Positions 1 through 12,498 of a DNA stretch of 64,000 bases are shown one piece after another. A model generated the notes under the pieces. It did no database searches. It had not been told where the DNA came from and worked only from the letters and a program-made list of their open reading frames with translations. Origin of the DNA: Cirrosporium novae-zelandiae. Lineage: Eukaryota. The stretch's first letter is position 1. Every line of letters starts with the position of its first letter. A program made the position numbers and the translations under genes. The stretch covers positions 1 to 64,000 of the forward strand of contig JAPETS010000040.1 of NCBI GenBank assembly GCA_026023565.1, given 5' to 3'.

Positions 1-307
1 GGGGAGGGAAGAGCGTATCCCAGGAAGCGTGTGCTTTACCGATTTACAAATTTGCAGATTTGCAGATAAAAAAAAGATAGTTGTTCATGGGGATTTTACT
101 CGCCAGCTAGCTAGAATAAACTTCTTCTATTGTTTTGTCTTGTCCTTTACTGTCCTATCCTTGTTGTTGATTTTTGTTTCCGTTTTTTGTGTCTATTTTT
201 GTTTCAAGGGGATCTAGGATCCTAGGTCCCGTAGTCTATATATAATATATAAAAAATGATGACAATGATGATAATGATAATGATAATGCCCCTCTCTAGA
301 CTACACA

Positions 308-525
308 CTATATAAGTTGATCGTAAAACATAAGACATTCTCCTCCATCCCCCTTTTCTATCTCTACTTTCATCTTTATCTCCATCCCCATCCTGTTGTT
401 TAAACATTCTAGTGGTGGTAATCATTTTTACTACAAGCCATATAAACTATACAAGTTGACTATAAAACCCATCCCCATTCCCATCTCTATCTCGTTGTTG
501 TTTAAACAACCTAGCCTTCAAACTC
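308..525 (-). repeat. Two degenerate tandem copies of the FMT1 3' end (308-412 and 447-525)
   Basis: 308-350 matches 686-728 at 37/43 nt. 447-525 encodes SLKARLFKQQ...FYSQLV*, versus FMT1 SLKARLFKQP...FYDQLV*. Confidence 0.85.
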
Positions 526-685
526 TGCATTCCTTTTTTTGAGGGAGAGAGGGGCATAGATATATACGTGCTCCCTGTGTAGTAGTGGTGGTGGTGGTGG
601 TAGAGATGGCGGATGGTGGTTGATAAACAGCTAACCAACCCACTCACCCCACCCCACTCTACGCCCCAGCCCATCCAATCCCCCC

Positions 686-1912
686 CTACACAAGCTGATC
701 GTAAAACGTGAGACACTCTCCTCCATCCCTATCCCCCTCCCGCGGTTGTTTAAACAACCTAGCCTTAAGACTCGCACCCCTAGCCCCCGTCGCCCTCTCC
801 CCCTCAACCTTGATCCGCTCCACCACCACCAACCTCCTATCAACCGTATTAACAAGCACCGCTTGACTCCCCCCATCCCTCGTATCAACAAAAACATACG
901 GAACCCCCACCGGCACATCCAAATTCCCCAACCCCAACCCCTCATCCTCCCTCTCCACCACAGAGATATCTTCGAAGATGATGCGACGTTTTAGGCTTGC
1001 TGCTGTGTGGGAGGGTAGGTTTTCTCGCAGGGGGGCGAAACTCCAGAGGGGCCCGAGGACTAGGTTTCGACGGAGGATTTCTTTGGCGCTCCATAGAGTC
1101 CAGTCGATGTGGGAGTCTTCTTTTGTGATTTTGGGGGCCGTGCGGATGGTTACGCCGTCGGATGGGTTTTGGGATTGAGATGATGATTGGGTGTACCAAC
1201 CCATGTCGCGGACCGGGGGGAGGAAGAGTCTCTCTCGGAGGCCGTGGATCAGGAGTTCTGCGCCTTTGGGGGAGACGTAATCGAGGAGTTGTTTCACGGT
1301 GCAGGTGTGTGGGTTTGGAATGTCGAACCCCGGCCAGGGGGTTTGGGCTAGGATGGTTCCCTGGTCGAACCGCTCTGGGTGCAGAGTTTGTAGCGTGACG
1401 CCTGTTTTTTTCGCGCCGGCTAGTAGAGCGTTATGTAACGGTGCGGGTCCGCGGAAGTCTGGGAGCATTGAGGGATGGACGTTCAATCCGCCATATTTCG
1501 CTGCATATAGGATCCGCGGCGGGACGAACAGGCCGAAGGATACAGCGATAACGAGGTTTATTGGATGATCATCCCGCGTCGGTGGGGGGGTCCAGTCTCG
1601 GAAGGTGTCGATTTCGTGGATTGGTAATGAAAGGGATCGGGCTTCGGCTTCAATGGGGACTTCGCGTTTTTGTTTTAGACCACGCCCGACTCGTTTGGGG
1701 GGGCGGCAGACTACGTCTATGGAGGCGATTGTGGAGGGCGAGTGGAGGTGCTCTTGGTGCAGGGCGCGCAGGGAGGCGATGCTGAAGTCTTCGGAGCCAC
1801 AGAAGAGGATTCGGAGGGGGTCATGGTGGGGTTTGGGGGTGGGTTTGGTGAAGAGGGAGCGGGTGTGGATGTGGTTGTGGATGTGGAGGGGTTTGTTTGA
1901 GGGGGGGAGGAG

Positions 1913-1945
<33 letters not shown>

Positions 1946-1984
1946 AGAGTGGCTGCGGAGTCGCAGCGTCCAGGACAGCTTCAT
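686..1984 (-). CDS. FMT1: Methionyl-tRNA formyltransferase, mitochondrial
   Basis: 432-aa ORF with LRILFCGS, VAVSFG, GGLNVHPSMLPDFRGPAPL and APKI formyltransferase motifs; basic N-terminal presequence. Confidence 0.93.
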
Positions 1985-2361
1985 GGCAGCTTCATGGACG
2001 ATTTATTTTTATTATTGTTTTGGTTGTTGGAGCTTTGGGTTGCCGTCAATTGGTTCGAGGTGGGTTTGGTATTTTTGTCTGGTATCAAAATGTAGAGCTC
2101 TTGGAGCTCCGGTCCGACGTCATTGGGGGGGTGGGAACTAGCGGTATTTTTAATTAACGTTAAACAGTCCGTTACGGATCGCCATAGATGCCCAATCTGT
2201 CCATCACCGCATCTCTCCCTCCCTCCCTCTCTCCATCTCTCTCTCTCTCCTCTTTTCCCTTCAATAAAAAAATTATCCTTCAGTCAACCCTGTTTCTGAA
2301 AAGAACAAAATCATGTACAAATACTTCTATAGCAATTTATGACCATAAAATAAGACCACCC

Positions 2362-5161
2362 ATGGCTGAAGCAACCGATCCTTCGGCCCTCGTGATTCCC
2401 GCGCAGCTCTCTTACCTTGCAATCTACAACCCATCTCTAGGCCCCACCGACGAAACCCTCGCCGACCAAATCGTTTTTTACTCGTCGGAATTCACACGGG
2501 CGAGGCGAAAGCGCAAGCCTGATGAAAATCAAGATGTGGATGCGGATGCGACCAAAAAAAACCATGAGGAGGAGAATAAAAAGCTCCGTCGGATAGGTCT
2601 GGCGCAGGGGATGGTGGATTTCGCGAAGTGGGTTGTGGAAATATTCATAAATAATAATAACATAAAAAAGGGCGCAAAGTATATGTCAAACTGGGATATG
2701 TTTTTGCTGAGTCGTGGTATTATATAGGAACTTTTCGGATGGGAGTCCGGTGGACTCAATTGAAACGGATAATGCTCGTATTGTTCTTCATGAACTGGAG
2801 CCCGGGTGGTGGATATTGGCTGTAGGATATTTCGCCCGCTAGTTTTAAAAGTTCTCTTCCATCTAACATTGAGGGTAGTCCATTGACCTTACTCGTCTCC
2901 CCGCAAACGCAAATAGTACTTCAGCCGATACCCCTTCTAAACCACAGTTTGAATACTCTTCGCGGGAGGTCTGTCCCGCGGCCCTTCTCACGACCTATCT
3001 CGTCCGCGCCCATGCTATATTTCTACTCCACCATGGTCCCAATCTCTACGAAATCTACCAACGGCTATCCCGAGAAAAGTTTTGCGCCGCCCTTGATCGG
3101 TTCTGGGCTCGGTTCATCTGGAACTGGGACGTTCTCCTCCACGGTAACCCTGCGGTGGACATATTCAATGGCATAAAGCTTGCAGCTGGCGGGGAACTAG
3201 GAATCGGGGTTGGCGAGGAGGAGTGGGGAAGCGGGGAACGGGATGTCCTGGAAGATTTTGTGCGTAGGACAGATGGATTGGTGGATATTGTTGTCTCTAG
3301 GTTTGGAAAGAAACCAGAGGATTCGGAATCGACTTTGAAAACATCAAAGAAAAAACAGACTGAGGTCTCCAGAGTAAATCAAATGTGGCTAGGAACGGGC
3401 CAGTACCCGGATGCTGTCGATGGGGTTATATTTTCTGGAACGGGTGCCTTGACGCGGGAAGCTTTGAGAGATGTTTCTGGTTGGATGGAATGGCTCTATA
3501 TGTATGGTGAGGATGCATATGGAGTGAGAGATAACCCTCATTCTGCGCCCCGGAGGAAGAGACGGAGGGTGCGTCCTTCAAACGATACAGCTTCACGGCC
3601 CGGTGTGTCGAAACCCAGGGGCTCATTCAGCAATACGCATACGCTAGATAGCCGAAATTATGGATATAATGGTTTTACCACTGGAATACCACCACCTCTC
3701 ATCACTGCAGCTGAGACATCCCTCGACAAGGCAACAAAAGCGGCAATGTCTACGCAAGAACAAGAGGGAAGTGGAAGCCAGTCTCCTTTTGACGAATCGG
3801 GCCCCGAGAAATTTATGAAATATCTCACTCTTGGTTACGGCTCACCCTGGGGCACCGTCCCCAAGAAAGAACCTCCAAACAAAAGAGTATCTCAGCTCCG
3901 TTCTGTAGATGACTCCCCGAGTGAGAATAGCGCCACTTCATCTCTTGTGAATGTTGAACCGAATCCAGAAGTTCCTGAAGAAAAACCAATCGTCCAGCAT
4001 TTCAATCATACTCTTGGCCATTTTCTCATTGGCCTTCAAGGAGATCTTGACAACGAATCACCAGAGGACCCTCCTGACCTGCCCAGGGATCAATCTTCCG
4101 ACGAGGCTGGCCCCAAGGGATTTAATGACCGTATAATGGTACGCTCACTCCATGTATCTCTCTCCAACCCCTCGCCGGGGCTTTCGATTTCAGGACCCAT
4201 GGCCTATACCGATCTCCCTTTTAAGCCATCCAAGAAATTACTCGTCCTCGTCTACGTCCACCAACCATTTATATTTCTCTTCCTTTTCGACCCTTTGACC
4301 CCTTCCCTTAGCTATCCATCATTCTACCGGTCTCTTCACCACCAACTGGGACCTCTCCAGAAGTCTCTCCTTTCCTCCACATGTCCCGCGAAAGTATCAC
4401 AGCGATTACAAATGGCCTCGACACCATCAATACCTTCGGGTTCCCAGGCTCAAAACCCCATGCTTACGAATCCCATCTACGACCTCCTATACGATCCAAC
4501 GACTCTAACGGTGCACACATCTCTCCCCAACATCCCCGATCTCAATCCCATCAACTACGCTTCTAAATCGCAAGCTACCCCTCCTTGGTCTCGCATAAAT
4601 GCCCTAAGCACGCACTCCCAAATCCTCGCCACAATAACCTCGACGCGCACCAAACCCACAGAACTCGAGCGCTCGTCAAAAACAACTCGAGGCTGGTGGG
4701 TCGTCTGGATGCGCATTCCCCCTCCCGTACCAGGACGCACATCTTCAACCTCCCGACCCTCAACCTCCGCTGCCAACCCTCCCAATCCCAACTTCGCAAC
4801 CACAGAAACCCAACCCCAATTTCAACGCCAGCGCCGCCACACCTCCGCCACCATCACAGGAGCACCCCAATCCCAACCCCAACCTCCCCCTCCCCCCATC
4901 CAAACCTGGAAACAAGCAATCCTGGTCCGAAAAGCCATTCCCTCAACCTCCACTTCAGGAAACACCCATTCAAAAGGATCTCGGTGGGGCAGCTGGGGTG
5001 GAGGAGGTGGCGGGGTTTATTCACAGACTGCGAAGAGTAAGTCGTGGTGGGGGGGCGGTGAGAGTGTGGGTTCTGGAATCGGAACGGGGGTTGGATTGGG
5101 CATGGGCATAGGTGTTGATGCTAGGAGGTATGTGGAGGGGTTGTTGAGTTTGAATCGGTGA
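2362..5161 (+). CDS. CCZ1: Vacuolar fusion protein Ccz1 (longin domain, Mon1-Ccz1 GEF subunit); 3 exons
   Basis: Motifs PAQLSYLAIYNPSLG, LRRIGLAQGMVDFA, ELEPGWWILASIDLT and GEEEWGSGERDVLEDFV. Introns 2628-2727 and 2822-2878 join the fragments in frame with ORF 3155-5161. Confidence 0.88.
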
Positions 5162-5605
5162 GGTTGGGGTGAGGTTGGGATTCGGGGGTTGGGGATTTGT
5201 GAGGGATTGGGATGGAAATAAATGGATACGGTGGGGATTCTGTTAGATTTGCATTTATTGATGTTTTTTCCTTTTTTCTTTGGTCGGTTGGCCGGGGCCT
5301 GTCAGGGTCTATCGGGGTTGTTGCATTACAATACTAAACTGAGAAGGGGACGGATAAGATGGAATTGGAATTGAATGGGATAAGATGGGATGGGATGGGA
5401 TCGAGTTTTTAGGAAGGTCTACCCTATCCATCCATCCACCCATTAATCCATCATTCCGTGTAGAGATTACCTAGGTATTAAATACAGTAAACGTCTAGGC
5501 GAGGAAATATTAGATATAGTCTAAGTAGAGGGTTAGGGTGATATTGATAGTGAAGTATGGTCTACATACCTATATATCTATACAGGATATGATAGGCTAC
5601 AGATA

Positions 5606-5610
<5 letters not shown>

Positions 5611-5676
<66 letters not shown>
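5611..5676. repeat. (AAT)22 microsatellite
   Basis: Perfect trinucleotide run read directly. Confidence 0.97.
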
Positions 5677-5679
<3 letters not shown>

Positions 5680-6132
5680 AAACCCATCACCAACCCACTC
5701 CACTTCCTCAGACCCCCCCCATACTTAACAGTATAATTACCTGTACATGTACCTCTTCTCTTCCCATCTCCACATAAATACAAAAAATACAAAAAATAAT
5801 GAAACATGTAATTATTATTACACATTTTATATCCCCCATCAAACCCCCACACACCCGAAAATAAAAATAAAGGAGGAGAAGAAGGAGAAGAAGAAGAAGA
5901 AGAAGAAATGCTATGTGTGGTATGGTATGGTATGGTATATCGTAGGCTGGTTATAGGTTAGTTTGGTTAGCTGGTTAGCTGGGGGAGGGGGGAGTAATAG
6001 GAATGGTGATAGGAAGGTTATGTTCATATTCACCCCTACTACTCCATCCTTTTCTCCCTCTCTCTCCGCTTCCTCCCTCCCTATCCCTCTCCCATCCATC
6101 ACCACCCATTCCTATACCCAACCCATCATCTC

Positions 6133-6236
6133 CTTTCCTTTCCTTTCCTTTCCTTTCCTTTCCTTTTCTTTCCTTTCCTTTTCTTTCCTTTCCTTTCCTT
6201 TTCTTTCCTTTCCTTTTCTTTCCTTTCCTTTCCCTT
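6133..6236. repeat. (TTTCC/TTTTC)n pentamer microsatellite
   Basis: About 20 slightly degenerate copies read directly. Confidence 0.95.
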
Positions 6237-6297
6237 GAAGTTCCCTTCCCTTCCTTTTTTATCCCCCCTACGTATCTTTTTCAAAGGATGGGATCGG

Positions 6298-6378
6298 TTT
6301 ATTGGATTTATTGGATTTATTGGATTTATTGGATTTATTGGATTTATTGGATTTATTGGATTTATTGGATTTATTGGA
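6298..6378. repeat. (TTTATTGGA)9 perfect tandem repeat
   Basis: Nine exact 9-mers. Confidence 0.97.
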
Positions 6379-6744
6379 TTCTGGAATATTTTTTTTTAGG
6401 ACTGGTGGGGGGTGTAAATGTGTGAGTGTGAGGATGGGGATGTGGGTATGGGGATTCATTGGATATTGGAGTACATGTCCAAACCCATACCTCCGTACTG
6501 TATACAACACTCACATATACAATCCCATAACCTCCCCTCTCCCCCTTTCCCTCACCTAGACCTAGACCTCCCTAAACATTCCTAAACATCCCCAACGATC
6601 ATAAACCCGCATACATATAACAAGATTCTCTCTCTCTCTCTCTCAAACAAGAAGGCCATCTCGTCTCGTCCTCAAACGCCAGACACCAGATACCGAACAC
6701 CAGGGTCCCTAAATATAAATATCCTTTTTTTAGACAGTACTTTA

Positions 6745-7901
6745 TTACGTCTCCCCAATATCTAGCCATCCTTTTCGTAAAATATCTCCTGCTGTAGGTC
6801 CTTGCTTAGGATCTGGAATCAAAACCTTTTCCAAGATACCGATATCGTCACGAGCAAACCCTAGATATTCCAAAATCGACTGAAAAATGATACCTTCTCG
6901 TTCGGGATTTTTTTTCGGCCATAATTCTTTACACTTTTGATAGTGTGTGACCGAGTCGAGCCGAAAATCATGAAAAATTTCTGATTGAATACGCTTTTCA
7001 TAGTCTTCGGTTTTTTCAACCGTGGTCTCTTCAGGTAGCATATCGTAGAGGCCCCAGATATCAGAACGTAGGTAAGCTTGAACCATATGTAGATACTTTA
7101 TAGTTTTTGGTGAGTATATTATTATTCACGGAAAAATGGTACAGGGGAAAAGATACATACAACCATTCCCCAACCCCAAATATCAGTCTTTTCCGACCAT
7201 TGAAGATCGAATAGAGCTTCCGGGCTGCGGTAAGGCATTGGTTGCACAGTACCGGTTGAAGGGGGCGTAGCTATCGTATCCTAAAATTAACTTAAGCTGT
7301 GGTAGAGTAAGGAGCCTAGAGAACTCACAAGCCCAAACTGATCCTAGATCCGACAGCTTTGCAGTTATTCCATCCAGTAATATATTTTGTGATTTGATTT
7401 CTAACTCATCACGTATTCCGGAGTTAAGACGTTTCATTCCAAAAGCTTGAAAATTATTACCAACCAAGGTGTATCAAGCCCTCTGTATGTATTTCCTCGA
7501 TTCCTTTCAATGCATCTTTCATAATACTTCTAATGCCAGGAATCCCAATTGAGGCCAAACGTCCGCTTTTACGGACCTCCCAGAGAGTGTGCGGAAATCG
7601 TTCCAATACCATTCCTCGGTCCTGTCCTATTTCTTCTGCTGTATCTTTGATCGTATCAATGAGCCGTCGAACATACTGTGCGTTCTCGAATCTTCGGCTT
7701 TGCATGATCTCTTTCTGGAGGTCCGATCAGGATTGAAGTGTCCAATCGTGGAAATTTTAAAACCACCTGGTCACCAATAGAACTTTTGGCATTCCATATG
7801 TAAGCCTGATTAGCTAGGACATAAAGAGGATAGAGAGGAGAGGTGAGGATATATGTTTTTGAGGATCGCCCAACAAATTTCATGCCGCGTTCGAAGTTCA
7901 T
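6745..7901 (-). pseudogene. Divergent multi-exon CMGC/SRPK-like protein kinase, probably a pseudogene or pseudokinase
   Basis: Spliced motifs VVLK, GLIHL|EIKSQNILL, KLSDLG, QPMPYRSPE, KTDIWGWG. Frame change near 7727 between VVLKFP and DLQKEIM. The catalytic Asp position reads Glu across intron 7464-7401. Confidence 0.7.
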
Positions 7902-9535
7902 TGTAAGGCCCATACTCAAAACCGATGTAAATTTTAGTTTGTGAAGGGCATTTGAGGAAGAGAAAAGAGGGGGGGAGAGGAGAAGGGAGAGGTTGTGGGA
8001 TTATAGGGTTAAAATTGTCGTATAGAAAAGTACTATGGATATCTATATAATGTAATAATAAATTTCCATCTCTATTTCCATTCCATCCATCCATTTTCCT
8101 ATATTACATACACTATACCATACCATACCATATCTATACATACACATACCTACGTACCCTATTACAGGGCGTTCATACTTGGTGCCGAACATATATCATA
8201 AATTTCAATCTCTCACATTCCCTCCCCCTTCTTCCAATGAAAAACGAAACCTTCCAAAACAACCCCAACCCTATCAAACATTCGGAAGCTCCTGCGAAGA
8301 GTCAAAGGAAGGAGGGGATACCTAGGTAATAGGTAATGGAGGATTGTTTACTTGTCTATTTGTGGGGATTTGTTGGATTGTTGGATGGGGATGAGAATAT
8401 AATATAATATTTGGGAATAGGTGGATAGGTAGAATTTGGGGTGGGTGGATGGGGTAAAGGTCGGGGAGTGAGTGTTGGGGAGGTTGTGTTTGGGGAGTGA
8501 TGGGAGGATAGGAAGATGTATTCCTTCTTCTAGGGGATCTTCTTGGACAACGTGTCTTCGACCTACGAGCTCTACTTAGGTAGAAGAAGAACTGCCATTG
8601 TTTATATATATATACCATTAGGTACTGTATTTAGCTGGTATAGTTATATTGCTGCATGGAGGGATAGGATAGGTGGCTAGGACAGACTATGTATGAATCG
8701 AAGAAGAAAAGAAAAAAAAGTGGTACGGGCTATATATATATTCCATGTGGATTTTTGTGCTACGAGAGCTGTGCTATTTGCTACGACCTTTCTCTTGGGC
8801 CCGGTTTCTTGTGTCTATCGGGGCTTGGGAGTTAATAATAGGAAGAAGATATTCAAGCAGGCTTGAATTAGGAGGGAGACTCGGCTGCTAGCTACCTAGG
8901 CAGTTACCTCGAATGTATATTAATTTGAATATCGTCAAATCTCATTGTTTTATTCAATTTATCTTTTCTGTAGCAATGTCCACTATAACCTAAATGCGAC
9001 ATGCGAACAATAAAATGAATCATCATCCTTTCTGTAGAGAGCTCATACAACCAACCAGGGATGTCGGGACGACTAGCATTGGTGGGCGATGGAAGTTTGG
9101 GATCGCTATTTAATAACTAGATCCCACGTTGTGCATTTGAAACAAGATGAGATCCACCTGCACATCTGTTATCCTAACCTATTTCCCTCAGCTTCTTCTA
9201 AACCTTGGTTCCCCCCTTCCTCTTTCTATTCCTATTCTCGAATTCCCTTGCTTTGTGCAGCGTTTCCTCAGCTTATTGCCTCGCGCGGCGAGCTATCATT
9301 TCCTGTTTCATGTAGCTATATTGTTACTACATAGACTTGGTCCTCCTAATTCGTAAGATATGCGAGCTCATGATTCTACTCATTGTGATGTCTGACCAAA
9401 ATGTCCGCCATAGCCCGGAAGCGAAATGAATTATCATGTCTGACCAATTTCGGGGAAATGGTAATCCACGTACACAATAAGGTTTCCGATATGTCGACCT
9501 TGAACTATCTACATCATGTATGTTGTAACTGATGC

Positions 9536-10339
9536 TCAGGTCTGAGGTAGGCTAGCGTTGGAAGATGATATATCGATAGATGCACTGTCTGGCTTTCGAT
9601 TCTTGTTCCTGATGTACGTCTTTCGGATGCCATGACGTTGAGCATGTTGTCGCCTCAAGCGGGAGCTTCTCCGAATATTTGTCAAGGTTGGTTTCTGTCG
9701 ACTGGAATCGGTTGATGAAGAGGTTCCAGACGCTTTTACTGATCGGGGCCTTAACTTTCGGGTAGTTCGTAATTGCATCTGACTGACGGGAGTATTCTTC
9801 CTTGATGTCTGCGTATTATCCACCTCTTCTGTGGCATTTGGCTTCACGTACTCCAGCAGAGGTCCAATGCCATACGCCACAAATGACTCGATGTCATAGA
9901 TATTATTAGCCGCAAGGAGGCGTATGAGGTGGAATGTTAACTGTTTATCTTCGGGCACAGCCTTAAAAACCTTTGGTAACATGGTGTATTTGGAGGTATG
10001 GGTATCGTTGTGGAGTTTGGTCATGACATCGTCCATACGTTGTTTGATCTCTGCCTCGATATCCTCTTTCTGATATAGATTCTTAGCGTGTCGATCTTTG
10101 ACACTCTCCAGCACAAGCTCCTCAAATCTGGTATCATTCATGATGTTAAATTCAACTCGGTTGAATTTTCGATGGAGATCTGAAAGGGTTTCCGATGACA
10201 TGCCAAGTTCCTCTAGAAGCTCTGGTCGATCAATTTGCTCAATGGAATGTACTGGGAAAGACGGGGGCGGAGTCGGTAATGCGGAACGGCGAGGACTAGT
10301 AGAGGGGCAGGGACTAGAATCTTTATGATGGGAAGGCAT
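9536..10339 (-). CDS. Hypothetical protein (about 267 aa) with Pro/Ser-rich N-terminus and basic C-terminal tail
   Basis: Long intact ORF from ATG 10339 (MPSHHKDSS...); no recognisable domain. Confidence 0.65.
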   Translation of the reverse strand: MPSHHKDSSPCPSTSPRRSALPTPPPSFPVHSIEQIDRPELLEELGMSSETLSDLHRKFNRVEFNIMNDTRFEELVLESVKDRHAKNLYQKEDIEAEIKQRMDDVMTKLHNDTHTSKYTMLPKVFKAVPEDKQLTFHLIRLLAANNIYDIESFVAYGIGPLLEYVKPNATEEVDNTQTSRKNTPVSQMQLRTTRKLRPRSVKASGTSSSTDSSRQKPTLTNIRRSSRLRRQHAQRHGIRKTYIRNKNRKPDSASIDISSSNASLPQT

Positions 10340-10552
10340 TTTGCGAAAGATGGAGATTCTGAAGATGATGAAGACGGTATTATAGGTGATGTTGTATGAT
10401 GTTTGAGAGATGCCTCCGAAATGAATGGCAGGACTGTGGAGAGCACAGACCATTAAGTGAATGTCGGCGTCAAAGTTTCTCCGCAACTTTCAACGTTATC
10501 GGTATCTCGCCTATGCAGGTCCGACTACACCGTTGTTGTTGTGATATTGATC

Positions 10553-12498
10553 ATGATTCTAAAGACATTTATTTCCAACATCTTCGAGACTGTACAGGTA
10601 CCAGATCTACTTGATGCGGATGCTAGCGATTTCCAAGAAGTGCGAGCGCTTCTTTTTCCAATTTCTGAATCGGCCATTTATTCCTTTACTCTTTTTGAAG
10701 AACAATCATTGGGCCCCGGACGATCCTTAAATCATCTCTTTTCGCACACCAGATCTACACTACCGTCCCCAAGAGAGACCTCAGACGAAGAAGATGAGCC
10801 CGCTGACGAGAAATCCGCTCAATCGCCACGTTCCACATCCACTCTCATTCAAGCACCCGACCACGCAGGGAAAGTTCCCCTAGTCTTGCTTCAACAAACC
10901 TCCAATGACGAGAAATTCGCCTTTGGCTCCTCTCCTCGAAGTGATATTGTTCTCAAGCTGTCAAAAAGCCAGTCCGATGCCTGCTGGGTCAACCTACACC
11001 ATTGCGTGCTCTACCCCGACCCGGAGGATACCAGCATAACCTTGCACAATACATCAGGGGGTGAATTTTCAGTTCGGAAACATGAAACGAAGGATAACGT
11101 CCAGATTGTCAAACCTGGATTCAAGTTAGTTTTAACTAAAGGGGCGTGGTATCTGAATTTAGGCAAAGGGTTTGACTTCCAGATCAACGTGTTACGGCAC
11201 TCGAAGGAATGGAGTGACCTTCATAACGCGCTGATGACATCCGTGGAGATATCAGTGCCTTACCAACAGCATAGGCGAAAACGAAATTGTTCCACTTCTA
11301 CTGTCCAGCCAACATCTGAGAAACCACGTATTGCTGGGGAGGAACGTTTAGCAGCGCCATTAGAATCTCAAGTCGGAAACAGAGTATCGTCAGAATCATT
11401 GACAGAAGGCGATAGTGACGTGCGTGAGCGACCGAATGCTGTAGGCAGTGCTATAAAAAGTGCTATAAACAGTGTTATAAACAGTACTATAGCACCTGCG
11501 TGCAAGCGTGCGCAACCACGACCCTCCCCTGAAGAGGTTGTTCAGACTGCGCCCATACCCCAACAGCCAAGTAATAGCCATGAGCGGGTTGAAACTTCTC
11601 AGAAAACGCGTGGAGTATTGAAAGATAGGACGTCTTTACAAAATATACCTCTTGGTAAAACAAGGACTTCGAAAGTAATTAAAAGGACTGTTGCTGATGG
11701 CACTATTCGCGCGGTGAAAATATGCCGGCACCCAGACAGTGTAACAGCTGCTAAAGCATGGCGAACTGAGGCCAACATGCTGCAGGCGCTGAGTCATGTA
11801 AGATTGACTCTCTTTCAAATCTGAGTTATACGTTTACACGCATACAGGCCTCGATCATTCGGTTGTTCAAATTTGACGCTGCTCATCTATCTCTGGAATT
11901 GGAATTAATTTCGGGTGGAAGCCTCGATAAGCATATGGATGAGAAATCAATGTGTACAATCAGCCGCGGTGCTATAAAATCTATCTGGTTGAGTATAAGC
12001 GAGGGACTGGAATATATTCACTCACGTGGCATCATGCATTGTGACGTTAAACCCGCAAATATACTTCTAAGGGCCGGCGGCAAACTGGCTGTTTTATGTG
12101 ATTTCGGCAATGCGACCACGAGTGTGACAGTGAAAGGTGGAGGAACACCATGTTATATTCCACCGGAGTGCCTATACGGGGGATGGTCTTACGGTGGGGA
12201 TATTTGGGCTTTGGGAGTGACAATGCTCTATGTTGCTAGGCTGATGCCTCTCCCGAATAAGAATTGGACTATTGCAAATATTGAAATGAACACGAATGCT
12301 GCGCTCGAGATGGGAGCCTGGCTTCTCAAAGTCACAGAAGCTATTGAGAAGATACCAAAACATTTAAAATTGTTTCGCAAAATGCTCGAGGATGACCCCA
12401 AAAATCGCATTACGGCAAGAAGTTTGGTCCGAGGCTTACGATTAATGGAACGTGATAACCGGCTCAAGGTGTCTAAATCAGTGAGGCTCCCACGATAG
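10553..12498 (+). CDS. Atypical Ser/Thr protein kinase with N-terminal FHA-like domain; 2 exons
   Basis: FAFGSSPRSDIVL...VNLHHC...LHNTS resembles FHA. Intron 11798-11847 joins AVKICR...LSH to the exon with HCDVKPAN, LCDFG, GGGTPCYIPPE, DIWALG. Confidence 0.8.

Noticed and set aside
6298..6378. Regular repeat array as a possible CRISPR
   Set aside because: No spacers, no cas genes, eukaryotic context.
5562..6559. ORFs with poly-L, FPFLS, YWI, DLL and SNK repeats (similar cases at 18156-18528, 33204-33706, 48294-48804)
   Set aside because: They are translations of microsatellites.
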